Source: a virus
Taxonomy: Duplodnaviria > Caudoviricetes
Length of the DNA stretch: 38,465 bases
Strand: one strand, 5' to 3'
Virus record (IMG/VR): IMGVR_UViG_3300044983_000082
Coordinates: 1-38,465 of that record
A program made the translations under genes and the position numbers. Below, one piece after another: positions 17,548 to 26,534 of the stretch. Under the pieces are notes generated by a model, which was not told the origin of the DNA, did not search any database, and worked only from the letters and a program-made list of their open reading frames with translations. Position 1 is the stretch's first letter, and each line of letters starts with the position of its first letter.

Positions 17548-20319
17548 TTATCGGATGGCCGTCGGGCCGTTGGAGAACCCTGCCGTAGCGGAAGGGGGTG
17601 CGATCACGCTCTCGCCGCCGAGAGACTGAGCGCTGGGCTGCTTGTTTCCGGCGCGCTGCTGCGCCATCAGGTTGGAGAACTGCGGACTGAACGAGCGGCC
17701 GAGAGCGGCGCCCATGTCGAACACGTTGTCGAGGTAGCGCTTCGTCTCGAAGTCTACCGTCGGGCCCGCCTGCGCGAGCGTGCGGAAGGTCTCGGCGAGC
17801 AGGCGCGAGTGCACGTCCGGGTGCACGGCCTTCAGCGCCTTGATCGCGCTCGGGCCCGCGGACATCGACGCGACGTCGCGCACGGTGTCGAGCGGGTGCC
17901 AGACGGCCTCCCACACCGGCGCGTACTGCAGGATCGCGATGTCGTCGGGCTGGTCGCCGTCCGGGTTGAACATCGACTGCCCCATGGTCGGCGGGGCGTT
18001 CTCCAGGAGGTACTGCACGCCGATCTGCATGCGCTGGATCAGCTTGGAGGCGACTTCCGGGTGTCCGGCTTCCGCCAGCGGCTGGAAAGCCTGCGAAACG
18101 CGCTCGATGAAGGCCTCCGGATCGGTCGCGAGCTTCTTCAGGTCGCCGAATTTAGCCAGATAGGCCGTCTGCAGGTCCGGATAGTCGCCCTGGAAGCGGG
18201 AAACGGCCGGCGGCAGGCGCATGATCGAGGCGTTCGGGTTCGCGAGCGCCAGCATGGCCCGCTCGGTCGTCTCTCGGCCGTGCTGGTCGAGCTCCCGAAT
18301 GGCCGCCGTCTCCGCCGCAACGTGCGCGATGCCGAGCGCCCCGCCCGCCATGGCCGTTCCTGCGATGGCCTCGCCGGTCGTCTCCTTGCCGGCCTGCACG
18401 ACCTTGCGCCCGGTAGCCTTCAGCCGCTCGGCGATGTCGCCCGCGCCAGCGCCCTTGAACTTGCCGGACACACGGTCGGCGTTGCGAGCTGCAATGTTCG
18501 CCTTCAGGTCGGCGATGGCCATGGCCCGAGACTCGCGACCCACCGGCGTCAGGAGATCGGCCGCGACCTTCTTCAGCCCCCGGCCAGCGATGCCGCCCAC
18601 CACAGCCCCAACGGGCCCGCCGACAGCTCCGCCGATAGCCGCGCCGCCCGCGCCGCCGATGGCCTCGCCGAGTTCGTCGTGAATGCCAGCGCCCGCGCCC
18701 TTCTTCAGGATGGCCCCGTGCACGTCCTGCAGCTTCGTCAGCCGCTTGATCTCGCCGAGCGCCTCCTTCAGGTCGCCGGTGTCCTTCAGGACCTGGCCCA
18801 CCGCGTCGCGCGTGCCGGGGCCGCCGATCTGCAGCTTGATCTGGCTCATGGCCTCGGTCTTGGCGATGTCGTTCTCCAGAGCGCCAATCACCTGCCGGCG
18901 CTGGCTCGGGTTCATGCCCAGCACGCGCTCGACGATATCGCCCTTCATCTGGAAGACAGGCAGCGTCCCCCACTCGGTGCGGTAGCTGCCGGCGGCGCCG
19001 GGCGCCCGCTGCATCAACTCGGACTGCCAGAGCGCGCGGGAGTTGATGATCCCGTCCTTGCCCGACCAGAGGGCGTTCTCCTCGGCCTGCTTCTGCGCCC
19101 AGTTCTTGCCCCAGATCTTGGGGTCGATCAGCTCGGCCCGCGTAGGCTCCAGCACTTCGTCGATCATCTTCACATTCGCGCGCAGCGGGTCGGAGCCCTT
19201 GGTCGCTGGGCTGCCGAACTTCTCCCGCAGGTCGTCCAGGTGGCGCTTGTAGCTGTCGACGGCGATGGCCGCATCCTCCACGTCCCCCGCGGCGAGCGTC
19301 GCCCGCAGGTTGCCCGCCTGGGCGCGCAGCGAGCGGCTGGCGGCCGGGCTCGGGGCGCTCGTGTGGCTGGTGTCGACCAGCTTGGCGGACAGAGCGTCGG
19401 CTTCGTCGGCGTACTTGTTGACGGCGTCCGAGATCAGGTCGACGTCGGCGTCCTGCATCTTCCCGAAGATGTCGGCCTTCTTGTACTGGATGGCGTGCGC
19501 CTTCTGGAACGAGCCCTCGCGCCCGAACAGGTTGTTCCCGGCCTGGTAGCCAAGATCATTCAGCTCGGAGTTGATCTGCTCGGCGTTCTGGGCGTAGTAG
19601 CGCGCCTCGGCCCGGGTCGGCGTGATGCGCTCGACCTCGGCCGCCGTCGCTGCCTTCGCCTGACCGCGCGCCAGGGTGTCTGCAGGGCCGCCGTGCAGCC
19701 CCTGAGCGACATCGGCGACTCCCTGCTCCGCCCGGCGGAAAAGCTTGCCAGCGAGGCGCCCAACGCCCAGGAATGCGGCACCCTCCATGAGGCCCTGGGC
19801 GATGTTCCCGATCTCCACGTCCCGGTCGGTCTGGGCCGCCTGGCTGAACTCCTGCGCGGCCGCTTGCGCGAGCGTCCCGGCAGCGAACGCCGCCCGCCCG
19901 CCCCATGCAGCTCCGACCAGCGGCGTAGCCGCACCGCCCGTCACAGCCTCGGCCGCGATGCTCGGGAGCAGGGTGCCTGCGACGTTCGCCGCGCCCTTCA
20001 GTATCGGGTTCTCCTGGCCGAGCACCTGGGAGCGCGCGCGACGGCCGGCGAAGTCTTGAATGTCGGTGAAGGGCAGCGACTGGACCTGGCCGAAGGTCGC
20101 GCCCGACAGCGCCTGCTCGCCGAGGCCGAGAGCCTTCTGGCTCATGCTCGACGCTGCGTGGCCTGCCCTGGCACCCTCGATCTCCTCGCGAGTCGCCGGG
20201 CGCAGGTGCGTCTGGGTGGTGCCGAGGCTGTCGTCCTGCAGCGTCACCAACTCGTTCGTCTCGGGGTCTACGTATGCGTAGCCCTCGACGCCGTCTGCAA
20301 TCTTTGCGTATTCAGCCAT
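17548..20319 (-). CDS. Large internal virion / DNA ejection protein
   Basis: 923 aa, Ala/Gly-rich helical, glycine zipper GGAGGAAIGGAVGGPVGAVVGG; position after nozzle. Confidence 0.7.
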   Translation of the reverse strand: MAEYAKIADGVEGYAYVDPETNELVTLQDDSLGTTQTHLRPATREEIEGARAGHAASSMSQKALGLGEQALSGATFGQVQSLPFTDIQDFAGRRARSQVLGQENPILKGAANVAGTLLPSIAAEAVTGGAATPLVGAAWGGRAAFAAGTLAQAAAQEFSQAAQTDRDVEIGNIAQGLMEGAAFLGVGRLAGKLFRRAEQGVADVAQGLHGGPADTLARGQAKAATAAEVERITPTRAEARYYAQNAEQINSELNDLGYQAGNNLFGREGSFQKAHAIQYKKADIFGKMQDADVDLISDAVNKYADEADALSAKLVDTSHTSAPSPAASRSLRAQAGNLRATLAAGDVEDAAIAVDSYKRHLDDLREKFGSPATKGSDPLRANVKMIDEVLEPTRAELIDPKIWGKNWAQKQAEENALWSGKDGIINSRALWQSELMQRAPGAAGSYRTEWGTLPVFQMKGDIVERVLGMNPSQRRQVIGALENDIAKTEAMSQIKLQIGGPGTRDAVGQVLKDTGDLKEALGEIKRLTKLQDVHGAILKKGAGAGIHDELGEAIGGAGGAAIGGAVGGPVGAVVGGIAGRGLKKVAADLLTPVGRESRAMAIADLKANIAARNADRVSGKFKGAGAGDIAERLKATGRKVVQAGKETTGEAIAGTAMAGGALGIAHVAAETAAIRELDQHGRETTERAMLALANPNASIMRLPPAVSRFQGDYPDLQTAYLAKFGDLKKLATDPEAFIERVSQAFQPLAEAGHPEVASKLIQRMQIGVQYLLENAPPTMGQSMFNPDGDQPDDIAILQYAPVWEAVWHPLDTVRDVASMSAGPSAIKALKAVHPDVHSRLLAETFRTLAQAGPTVDFETKRYLDNVFDMGAALGRSFSPQFSNLMAQQRAGNKQPSAQSLGGESVIAPPSATAGFSNGPTAIR

Positions 20320-20320
20320 G

Positions 20321-21934
20321 TTACCTTACGATGGGGGTGCGGCCGCTCTCGACCGTGTTGGGCCGGCTGCCCATGGCCTTCGCCGCGAACCGGTACTTGC
20401 CTCCGGGGTCTGCCGCGTTCATGACCTCGCGCACACGCTGCTGGAACAGCGGAATCTCGCTGTCGTTCTTGGGGAACGCGATGGCCGACAGGCGCTGCTG
20501 CGTCTCCTGGCCGTTGGGCTCGGATGCCCAGTCGGCACGGTTGAGGAGCTCCCACCGCGACTTGAGCGCATCGACGCGCGCCTGTCCGGGCGTGCGCGCG
20601 TGGCCTCGGGTGATCATGTCCTTGGTCTGGTTCCAGCCTTCGTCGAACCAGCCGACGTTGTCTGCCAGCGTGCCGTCCTTCACCAGGCTTTCGGCCTCGG
20701 AGGCGAAGTTCGACAGATCGGAGACCTTGCCCACGCGGGCGTACTCCTTCGGGTCGGTGACGTCCACGCCGCCGTATGCCGCGGTGTTCGGCACGAGCTG
20801 GTTCTGGGTGCGAGTCTGCACCTGGCGCGTGACCGTGTCCGCAGTCATCTTGGCCGCGTCGAGCTTGTTCTGGGCGACCTTCGCATCGACCTGAGCCATT
20901 ACGCCGGCCGCGCCCTTCTGCACGAGATCGGCCTTCTCGAACCGAGTCTGGCTCTCGATGGTGTCGTTAACGGCCTGGTACATGCGGGCCTTCAGCTCCT
21001 TCTGAGCTGCTTCGGCGGAACCGAGCTTGCGCGTCAGCTCCCGGTAGACGGCGCTGTTCTGCGCAATCTGGTCGTTGGCGTCTTCGTCGATCATCTTCGT
21101 GATCGAGTCCAGGAACGGGTTGTTCCGAGTCATGCCGCGACCCATCATCCAGCCGCCAGCCATGGCCGCGATTGCCGAGCTGATGCCGAATAGAAGGCCG
21201 TGGTCGCCGCGGAACAGCGCCGCCCGATCAGGCTTGAACTGGGCGTTCTGCTCCAGGCGCTGGGTCGTGTCGCGCACGATCTGGTCCTGCACGTTTCGCT
21301 GGCCCCAGGCCTCGAAGTATTGGTTCACGCCTCGGCCGTAGGCGTCCGTCGCCTGCTTACGCTCCAGGTTGGCGGTGTCGGTCAGCTGCTGGACCTGGGC
21401 GTTGCCCGCCGAGGTCGCGGCCGCGTTGGCTTCGCCGGTAGCGCTCTGGATCGCAGCCTTGCTGCCCTTGTCCAGGCCCTGCGTCCCGGTCGTCTTGTCG
21501 GTGGTCGTGCTCGTCGCGTTGATCATCGACGGCTGCATCGACGCCGCGCGCGCCTTCGCCGGGTCCGGAGGAGCTGAGGACGCAGCAGCGCCGGCCGCAT
21601 TGCGCGAGGTCTTCATGATCTCGGCAGGGTCGGGAGGCACAGCCGCGCCAACGCTCGTGATGTCGCCGAGCCCGTCGGCAGACTGCGGTGCCGGCTTCGG
21701 AGGAACTCCGGGAGCTGCCGGCGTGGCGAGCGGGTTGCCCGCCAGCGGGTCAGCGCTCGGCGGCTTGCTCATGTCGACAGCCAGCGGGCTCGGAGCGAGC
21801 GCACTTCCGCCCGCGGCCTGCGCCGGCTGGTCGCGCAGCTTGCCGGTCGGGTCCGGCCACTTCTGCCCCAGGTCGTCGATGAAGTCGCCGCCGTTGGGGT
21901 CGCCGTAGATCGGATTCGGAACCCAGCTCGCCAT
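20321..21934 (-). CDS. Internal virion / ejection protein
   Basis: 537 aa; Pro-rich N-terminus, Q/A coiled coils, hydrophobic LLFGISSAIAAMAGGW segment. Confidence 0.7.
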   Translation of the reverse strand: MASWVPNPIYGDPNGGDFIDDLGQKWPDPTGKLRDQPAQAAGGSALAPSPLAVDMSKPPSADPLAGNPLATPAAPGVPPKPAPQSADGLGDITSVGAAVPPDPAEIMKTSRNAAGAAASSAPPDPAKARAASMQPSMINATSTTTDKTTGTQGLDKGSKAAIQSATGEANAAATSAGNAQVQQLTDTANLERKQATDAYGRGVNQYFEAWGQRNVQDQIVRDTTQRLEQNAQFKPDRAALFRGDHGLLFGISSAIAAMAGGWMMGRGMTRNNPFLDSITKMIDEDANDQIAQNSAVYRELTRKLGSAEAAQKELKARMYQAVNDTIESQTRFEKADLVQKGAAGVMAQVDAKVAQNKLDAAKMTADTVTRQVQTRTQNQLVPNTAAYGGVDVTDPKEYARVGKVSDLSNFASEAESLVKDGTLADNVGWFDEGWNQTKDMITRGHARTPGQARVDALKSRWELLNRADWASEPNGQETQQRLSAIAFPKNDSEIPLFQQRVREVMNAADPGGKYRFAAKAMGSRPNTVESGRTPIVR

Positions 21935-23268
21935 TATGCCACCGCCGCAGCGCCGAGCTGAGCCAGAGAGCCGATGATCGGGATAGCGTAATCCATGACG
22001 CCCTTCTTGGATGCGATGCTGGCGACCTTGATCTGGGCCGCGATGTTCGCATCAATGCCGTAGGTCTTGACCCAGCGGTCGAACTCCGCCTCCTGCTGCT
22101 GCGAGGAGAGCTGGCCCCAGTTGAAGTTCTGGGACGCGAGGTCGCGCGCCATCTGGCCGAGCAGCTCCTGGTTGCGCTGGTCGAGCTCCAGCTGCTGGCC
22201 CGTGAGCTGGGAAACGTTCTGAATGAGCGCGCTGGCCGCCTGCTGGTTCTGCGCCGCGACCTGGACGTCCTGGCCTCGGCCCTGAAGCGCCGTGGTCCCG
22301 ACACCCTGGGCGACGCTACCAGCCGCCTGGGTGCGCTGCAGGGTCTCCGCGGTCGCAGCCTGGGCAGCAGCCGCCTGGAGCTCGGGCGCGGCGTTCTGAG
22401 CGTTGCGCAGGGCCTCCTGGACGGCACCCGGGCCGCCGGCAGCCGAGCGCGCGAGCGCCAGCTGGTTTCGCAGGACCTGAGAGCCCAGCCGCTGGGCGGT
22501 GTTCGGGCCGTTCAGCAGCTGGTCATAGACCGTGCGCTGCATGCCGATGCTGTCCTTGACGTCCCCGAGGCCTCGATCTGCCAGGCCCTGATCGATGGTG
22601 GGAGCGGGTCCCAGCGCGCCCTCGGCCTGATTCGCCGCCTGATTGGTGGCGTTGGCGTTGGTCAGAGGCGAGCCGTTCAGCCCGTTGACGGTCGCACCGA
22701 ACTGATCGGTCGAGGCCTGCTGCCGGCGGGTCAGATCTGCCTGAAGCTGGCCGGTGCCCTGGCTCGTCTGAGCGTTCAGCATCCCGTTTCCGCCGCCTGC
22801 GCTGGCGTCCGGGGCGACCGTGAAGGGCGTCGAGGAGCGCTGCACAGGGCCGCCGTTCGGAATCGTCTCCGCGCCGTTGCCCGTCACGCCCTCGCCGAAG
22901 TTCTGGTAGACGGACTGCGTCCCGGTCGCGCCTACGAGCGGGACATTGTTCGCCCCGAGCGGCGTGGAGGTGACCTCCTGCATCGCGCTCCCGCCCGGGA
23001 GGACGGTGCCGTCTGCCAGGACGTGCACGCCGAAGTTGTGCGGCGTCGAGACCTGGAAGCCGCTGGCGGTTCCGCCCTGGCTGACGGGCGTGCCGTAGGC
23101 CGGGAGCTGGTTGCCGTTGGCGTCCAGGCCCTGGTTGCGAAGCCACTCAGACTTGCGCAGGCGTGCCTCCTCGATCTGCTGTGCAGAAAGAGCTGGCGCT
23201 TGCGCCGGTGCTGCAGTACCTTCCCCGAGGAAGTCTGCCTGATTCGCGTCGTATGGGTTCGTTGCCAT
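21934..23268 (-). CDS. Internal virion / DNA pilot-like protein
   Basis: 444 aa; Q/A/G-rich helical repeats, hydrophobic C-terminus YAIPIIGSLAQLGAAAVA. Confidence 0.7.
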   Translation of the reverse strand: MATNPYDANQADFLGEGTAAPAQAPALSAQQIEEARLRKSEWLRNQGLDANGNQLPAYGTPVSQGGTASGFQVSTPHNFGVHVLADGTVLPGGSAMQEVTSTPLGANNVPLVGATGTQSVYQNFGEGVTGNGAETIPNGGPVQRSSTPFTVAPDASAGGGNGMLNAQTSQGTGQLQADLTRRQQASTDQFGATVNGLNGSPLTNANATNQAANQAEGALGPAPTIDQGLADRGLGDVKDSIGMQRTVYDQLLNGPNTAQRLGSQVLRNQLALARSAAGGPGAVQEALRNAQNAAPELQAAAAQAATAETLQRTQAAGSVAQGVGTTALQGRGQDVQVAAQNQQAASALIQNVSQLTGQQLELDQRNQELLGQMARDLASQNFNWGQLSSQQQEAEFDRWVKTYGIDANIAAQIKVASIASKKGVMDYAIPIIGSLAQLGAAAVA

Positions 23269-26200
23269 TATCGCTGGCTCCCGGCACCCTTGCGGGTGGT
23301 GAACTCGTCAGCCTCTACTTCCAAAGATACCATATGCATGCGCATTCCGCCAGTGTCCGTTCCGTTGGACATATCAAAGCGCAGCGCGAACCTGTCGACA
23401 CTGCACGTGTTTGGCTTCCAGAGAAGCGTTACGGGGTCGCCCGAGGCCAGCGCAGACCCGCTGACCGGATTGCCGAGGTCTGTGGCCGCCGAGGTGACTG
23501 CGAACGAGCCCAGGGTGGTCCAGGTCTTCCCATCGTCGAGCGAGATGAAGGCCTCGACCGTGCTGTCGCCCAGGTACGTCCCGAGGAGCCCGATCTTGGC
23601 GATGTTGCCGTTCCCCATGCCGCCGAACAGCTTGAAGTCGCCGGTCCGGGGCGAGAGGGTGGGCATCGTGCCGCCTGCGCCGATGGCTGCGTTCTCCAGG
23701 AAGGCGCGACCCGTCGTAGCGACGTAGGCCAGGCGGCCCAGGTATTCGCAGACCGTGCGCGTGGCCCCGACCCGATCAACGCTCCAGATGCCGCGCCGCA
23801 GGTCGTAGATCAGGATCACGCCGTCGTCTGCCGCCGAGTTGGTGCAGGCGAACGCCACGCGCTGGGTCGCGCTGCACAGGCAGGAGCCGACGATCACAGG
23901 GTAGGTTACCAGGGTGTCCCGCACGGGCTGTCCGACCCACGTGCACGAGCCGTCCAGGCCGAGCATGAAGATCTTATCGGTGTCGAGCTGGAAGAACGTG
24001 CCCTTGCCCGTCTCGCAGATCGAGCGCCAGTCGATGCAGCCGCCGTCGGTGAAGATGGCGCGCGGCGTGAAGAACTCGCCGTTGCCGTTGCGCTGCGGGC
24101 CCTCGCCGGGAATCTCGTAGATGCCGCTGGCCGTGAAGGCGATGTACGAATCGCCGGGGCAAGCGACGCCGGTGCAGGGCTCCGGCAGCCGGGCCTGGAA
24201 CGAGAAGTTGTTCGGGCTCGCGTTCTCGATGGGTTCGCCGGGGAACGCCAGCTGCGAGAGCTGCACGAGGTAGGGGTCCGGCAGCCCGCCGAAGATCATC
24301 CGGTCTTTGCCGGCTGCGATGAAGCGGCAAGGCTGCATTGCGACGTTGGCGGTCGGCTTCTGGCTCTGGGTGTAGAGCACGGGCCGCACCTGCGACGCCG
24401 CGTCCGACAGAATGTCGTCAGCGTTCGCAACGTCAGCGTAGGTCGCCGAGCCTGCTGCGGTCGTCTCGCACACCCGGAAGAACACAGAATCGCTCGGGTT
24501 CGAGCGGTAGATCACGATCTTGCAGCTGTTCGCGTCTCCGATCAGCGAGGAGCGGCGCAGGCTGCGCGGGGTCGAGACCTGCGGGAGGACCTCGTTGTTC
24601 GCGCCCGTCAGCGTGACCGACTTGGGCGTCGAGGGCGTCGAGCGATGGATCCGGCCCTGGGTGTCCTGCCACTCGTACACCGCAACGTAGGTGTAGGTCG
24701 CCAGCAGCGTTAGAGCGCCAGCGCCGCCCGTCGCCTGGGTGAGCGACTTGATCACAGGCGTGTCGAGGAATCCCGACTCAGCCGCGACCATGCCTCGGTC
24801 GTAGTAGTAGGTAAAGCCGCCCGCGATGTAGAGCGCGCCCTGCATCTCCGCGCACTGGCGCCGAGCGTTCGAGCCGGCCTTGAACTTCACGACCTGCAGC
24901 GTGCCTCGGCCCGCGGTGCCCACCGCACTCTCGTCCACCGCGCCAGCGCAGGCCCAATAGGTGCCGGAGCCATCGGTCGCGATGCTGGAGCGGCCGTGCT
25001 TGTTCGAGCTGGAGCTGGGGTTATCGAGCTTGTCGGCGAAGCCGTAGTTCCAGCGCGCGGCCGTGTGCTGGGTCTCCTCGATCAGGCTGATGCACGTGGC
25101 GTAGACCTGGTCGGTGCCGCTCGTGTTGCCCCCGACGATCATGGTCCCGAGGCCAATCCCGACGTTGAACCGAGAGTCCAGCGCCATCGCCTGGGTCTTG
25201 CTCGCGATCCGGATGTTGCCCCCGCGCGCGTTGTTGATCAGCGTGTGCGCGGCCACGTACTCGAAGATCCCCCAGTTCGTGTCGTCGATGCCGAGAGAGC
25301 CTGCAGTCGTGCCGTGGACAGTGACGTACTGCGTCGCGTTCAGCGACTCGAAGTGCACGGAGGGCGTGCCGACGATGTTGGCCGTGACGACAGAGCCCGC
25401 CGGCCCCATGACAGTAGTCGGCCCCACGACCACGCCGGCCGAGACGTTGATGCCGTAGGTCCGCATCTCGATATTGTTGCCGTTGGTGAAGCACCAAACG
25501 ACCTTGGTCCCGTCCGAGATCACGCAGCTGTTGCCGTTGCGGGCTGCTACGCTCGTGACGCTGGTCGCCGCGAAGGCGATGGTGTAGCGGCGCAGGCGCA
25601 TCGTCGAATCGCTGGTGTTCGAGAACGAGATCAGCCAGTCGGTCGTGCCCCCGCCCACCGGCGTCAGATCCCAGCCGAAGGAGTCGCCGAGGATCGTCGT
25701 GATGAAGGTTGTCCCGGCACTGAAGCCGGAAGCATACGCGGTCGTGTCGAACGTGTAGCCGGTCATGCTGCCCGCGGTGTCGCGGGAGATGATCACGAAC
25801 TTGTTTCCAATGGCGATGCAGCGGATGCTGTCCAGGCTGGTCGCGCGCTTGAAGGCCACGACGGTGTTGCTCGCGCAGTCGAGGACGTAGATCGACCCGG
25901 CGTTCGAGGTCGCGTCGACAGAGCAGAAGCAGAGAGCTCCGTTCGTGTAGGCGATGTCGGAGTTCGACATCACGTTCCCATAGGGCGCCTGGTACAGGAT
26001 CTCCAGCTCGGTCACTGGCGAGATCAGGTGATAGTTGACGTTCGCCTGCGCTGCCCAGCCCGAGGCCGTGTAGACGAAGGGATAGTACGGGTGCCGGTCC
26101 GAGAACCCGGTGTCGAACGCCCCGAGCGCCACGAGCTGATCGTGGTAGCTGGTCAGATCGAAGATGTCGACGCCGAGGTCGCTCGGCAGGGTGTGGTTCG

Positions 26201-26354
26201 ACAGCTGGGTGTAGACTGGCCGGACCTCGATGCGCCCGTCGCGCGTCAGACGCCCGTCAAACAGCGCGCGCAGCTCTCCCGGCTCCAGGAGCGTCCGATC
26301 TGCTCCTTCGTTCTGGCCGCCATTCAGCGGAAACTCGAAAACGCGCGTACCCAT
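23268..26354 (-). CDS. Tail nozzle / tail tubular protein B-like (T7 gp12 or P22 gp10 class)
   Basis: 1028 aa beta-rich, propeller-like; GC....SI and LIYD....WS segments; precedes ejection genes. Confidence 0.75.
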   Translation of the reverse strand: MGTRVFEFPLNGGQNEGADRTLLEPGELRALFDGRLTRDGRIEVRPVYTQLSNHTLPSDLGVDIFDLTSYHDQLVALGAFDTGFSDRHPYYPFVYTASGWAAQANVNYHLISPVTELEILYQAPYGNVMSNSDIAYTNGALCFCSVDATSNAGSIYVLDCASNTVVAFKRATSLDSIRCIAIGNKFVIISRDTAGSMTGYTFDTTAYASGFSAGTTFITTILGDSFGWDLTPVGGGTTDWLISFSNTSDSTMRLRRYTIAFAATSVTSVAARNGNSCVISDGTKVVWCFTNGNNIEMRTYGINVSAGVVVGPTTVMGPAGSVVTANIVGTPSVHFESLNATQYVTVHGTTAGSLGIDDTNWGIFEYVAAHTLINNARGGNIRIASKTQAMALDSRFNVGIGLGTMIVGGNTSGTDQVYATCISLIEETQHTAARWNYGFADKLDNPSSSSNKHGRSSIATDGSGTYWACAGAVDESAVGTAGRGTLQVVKFKAGSNARRQCAEMQGALYIAGGFTYYYDRGMVAAESGFLDTPVIKSLTQATGGAGALTLLATYTYVAVYEWQDTQGRIHRSTPSTPKSVTLTGANNEVLPQVSTPRSLRRSSLIGDANSCKIVIYRSNPSDSVFFRVCETTAAGSATYADVANADDILSDAASQVRPVLYTQSQKPTANVAMQPCRFIAAGKDRMIFGGLPDPYLVQLSQLAFPGEPIENASPNNFSFQARLPEPCTGVACPGDSYIAFTASGIYEIPGEGPQRNGNGEFFTPRAIFTDGGCIDWRSICETGKGTFFQLDTDKIFMLGLDGSCTWVGQPVRDTLVTYPVIVGSCLCSATQRVAFACTNSAADDGVILIYDLRRGIWSVDRVGATRTVCEYLGRLAYVATTGRAFLENAAIGAGGTMPTLSPRTGDFKLFGGMGNGNIAKIGLLGTYLGDSTVEAFISLDDGKTWTTLGSFAVTSAATDLGNPVSGSALASGDPVTLLWKPNTCSVDRFALRFDMSNGTDTGGMRMHMVSLEVEADEFTTRKGAGSQR

Positions 26355-26357
26355 GTC

Positions 26358-26534
26358 TTACTCCTCCCGCGCGAGCGTGCGCTGGCCGTCCAGGTCCCGC
26401 TCGATGCGCTCGACGCGCTTGTCCAGCGCCGTTACGGTAGCTTCCAGCCGGCCGACTGCGACCCGCATCTCCACGCCACCGAGCAGGAACGCGATGGCCA
26501 TAGCGATCACGATCTGGTTGACATACTTCGACAT
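26358..26534 (-). CDS. 58-aa membrane protein (one TM helix plus coiled coil), holin/spanin candidate
   Basis: MSKYVNQIVIAMAIAFLLGG...LDKRVERIERDLD; TAATG coupling, GGAGG SD. Confidence 0.7.
   Translation of the reverse strand: MSKYVNQIVIAMAIAFLLGGVEMRVAVGRLEATVTALDKRVERIERDLDGQRTLAREE

Noticed and set aside
17539-20424. 961-aa + strand ORF, and similar long antisense ORFs at 15523-17517, 23163-24713, 24996-26537, 31620-32951 and 12809-13978
   Set aside because: Shadow frames of GC-rich - strand genes; no motifs, SD or operon logic
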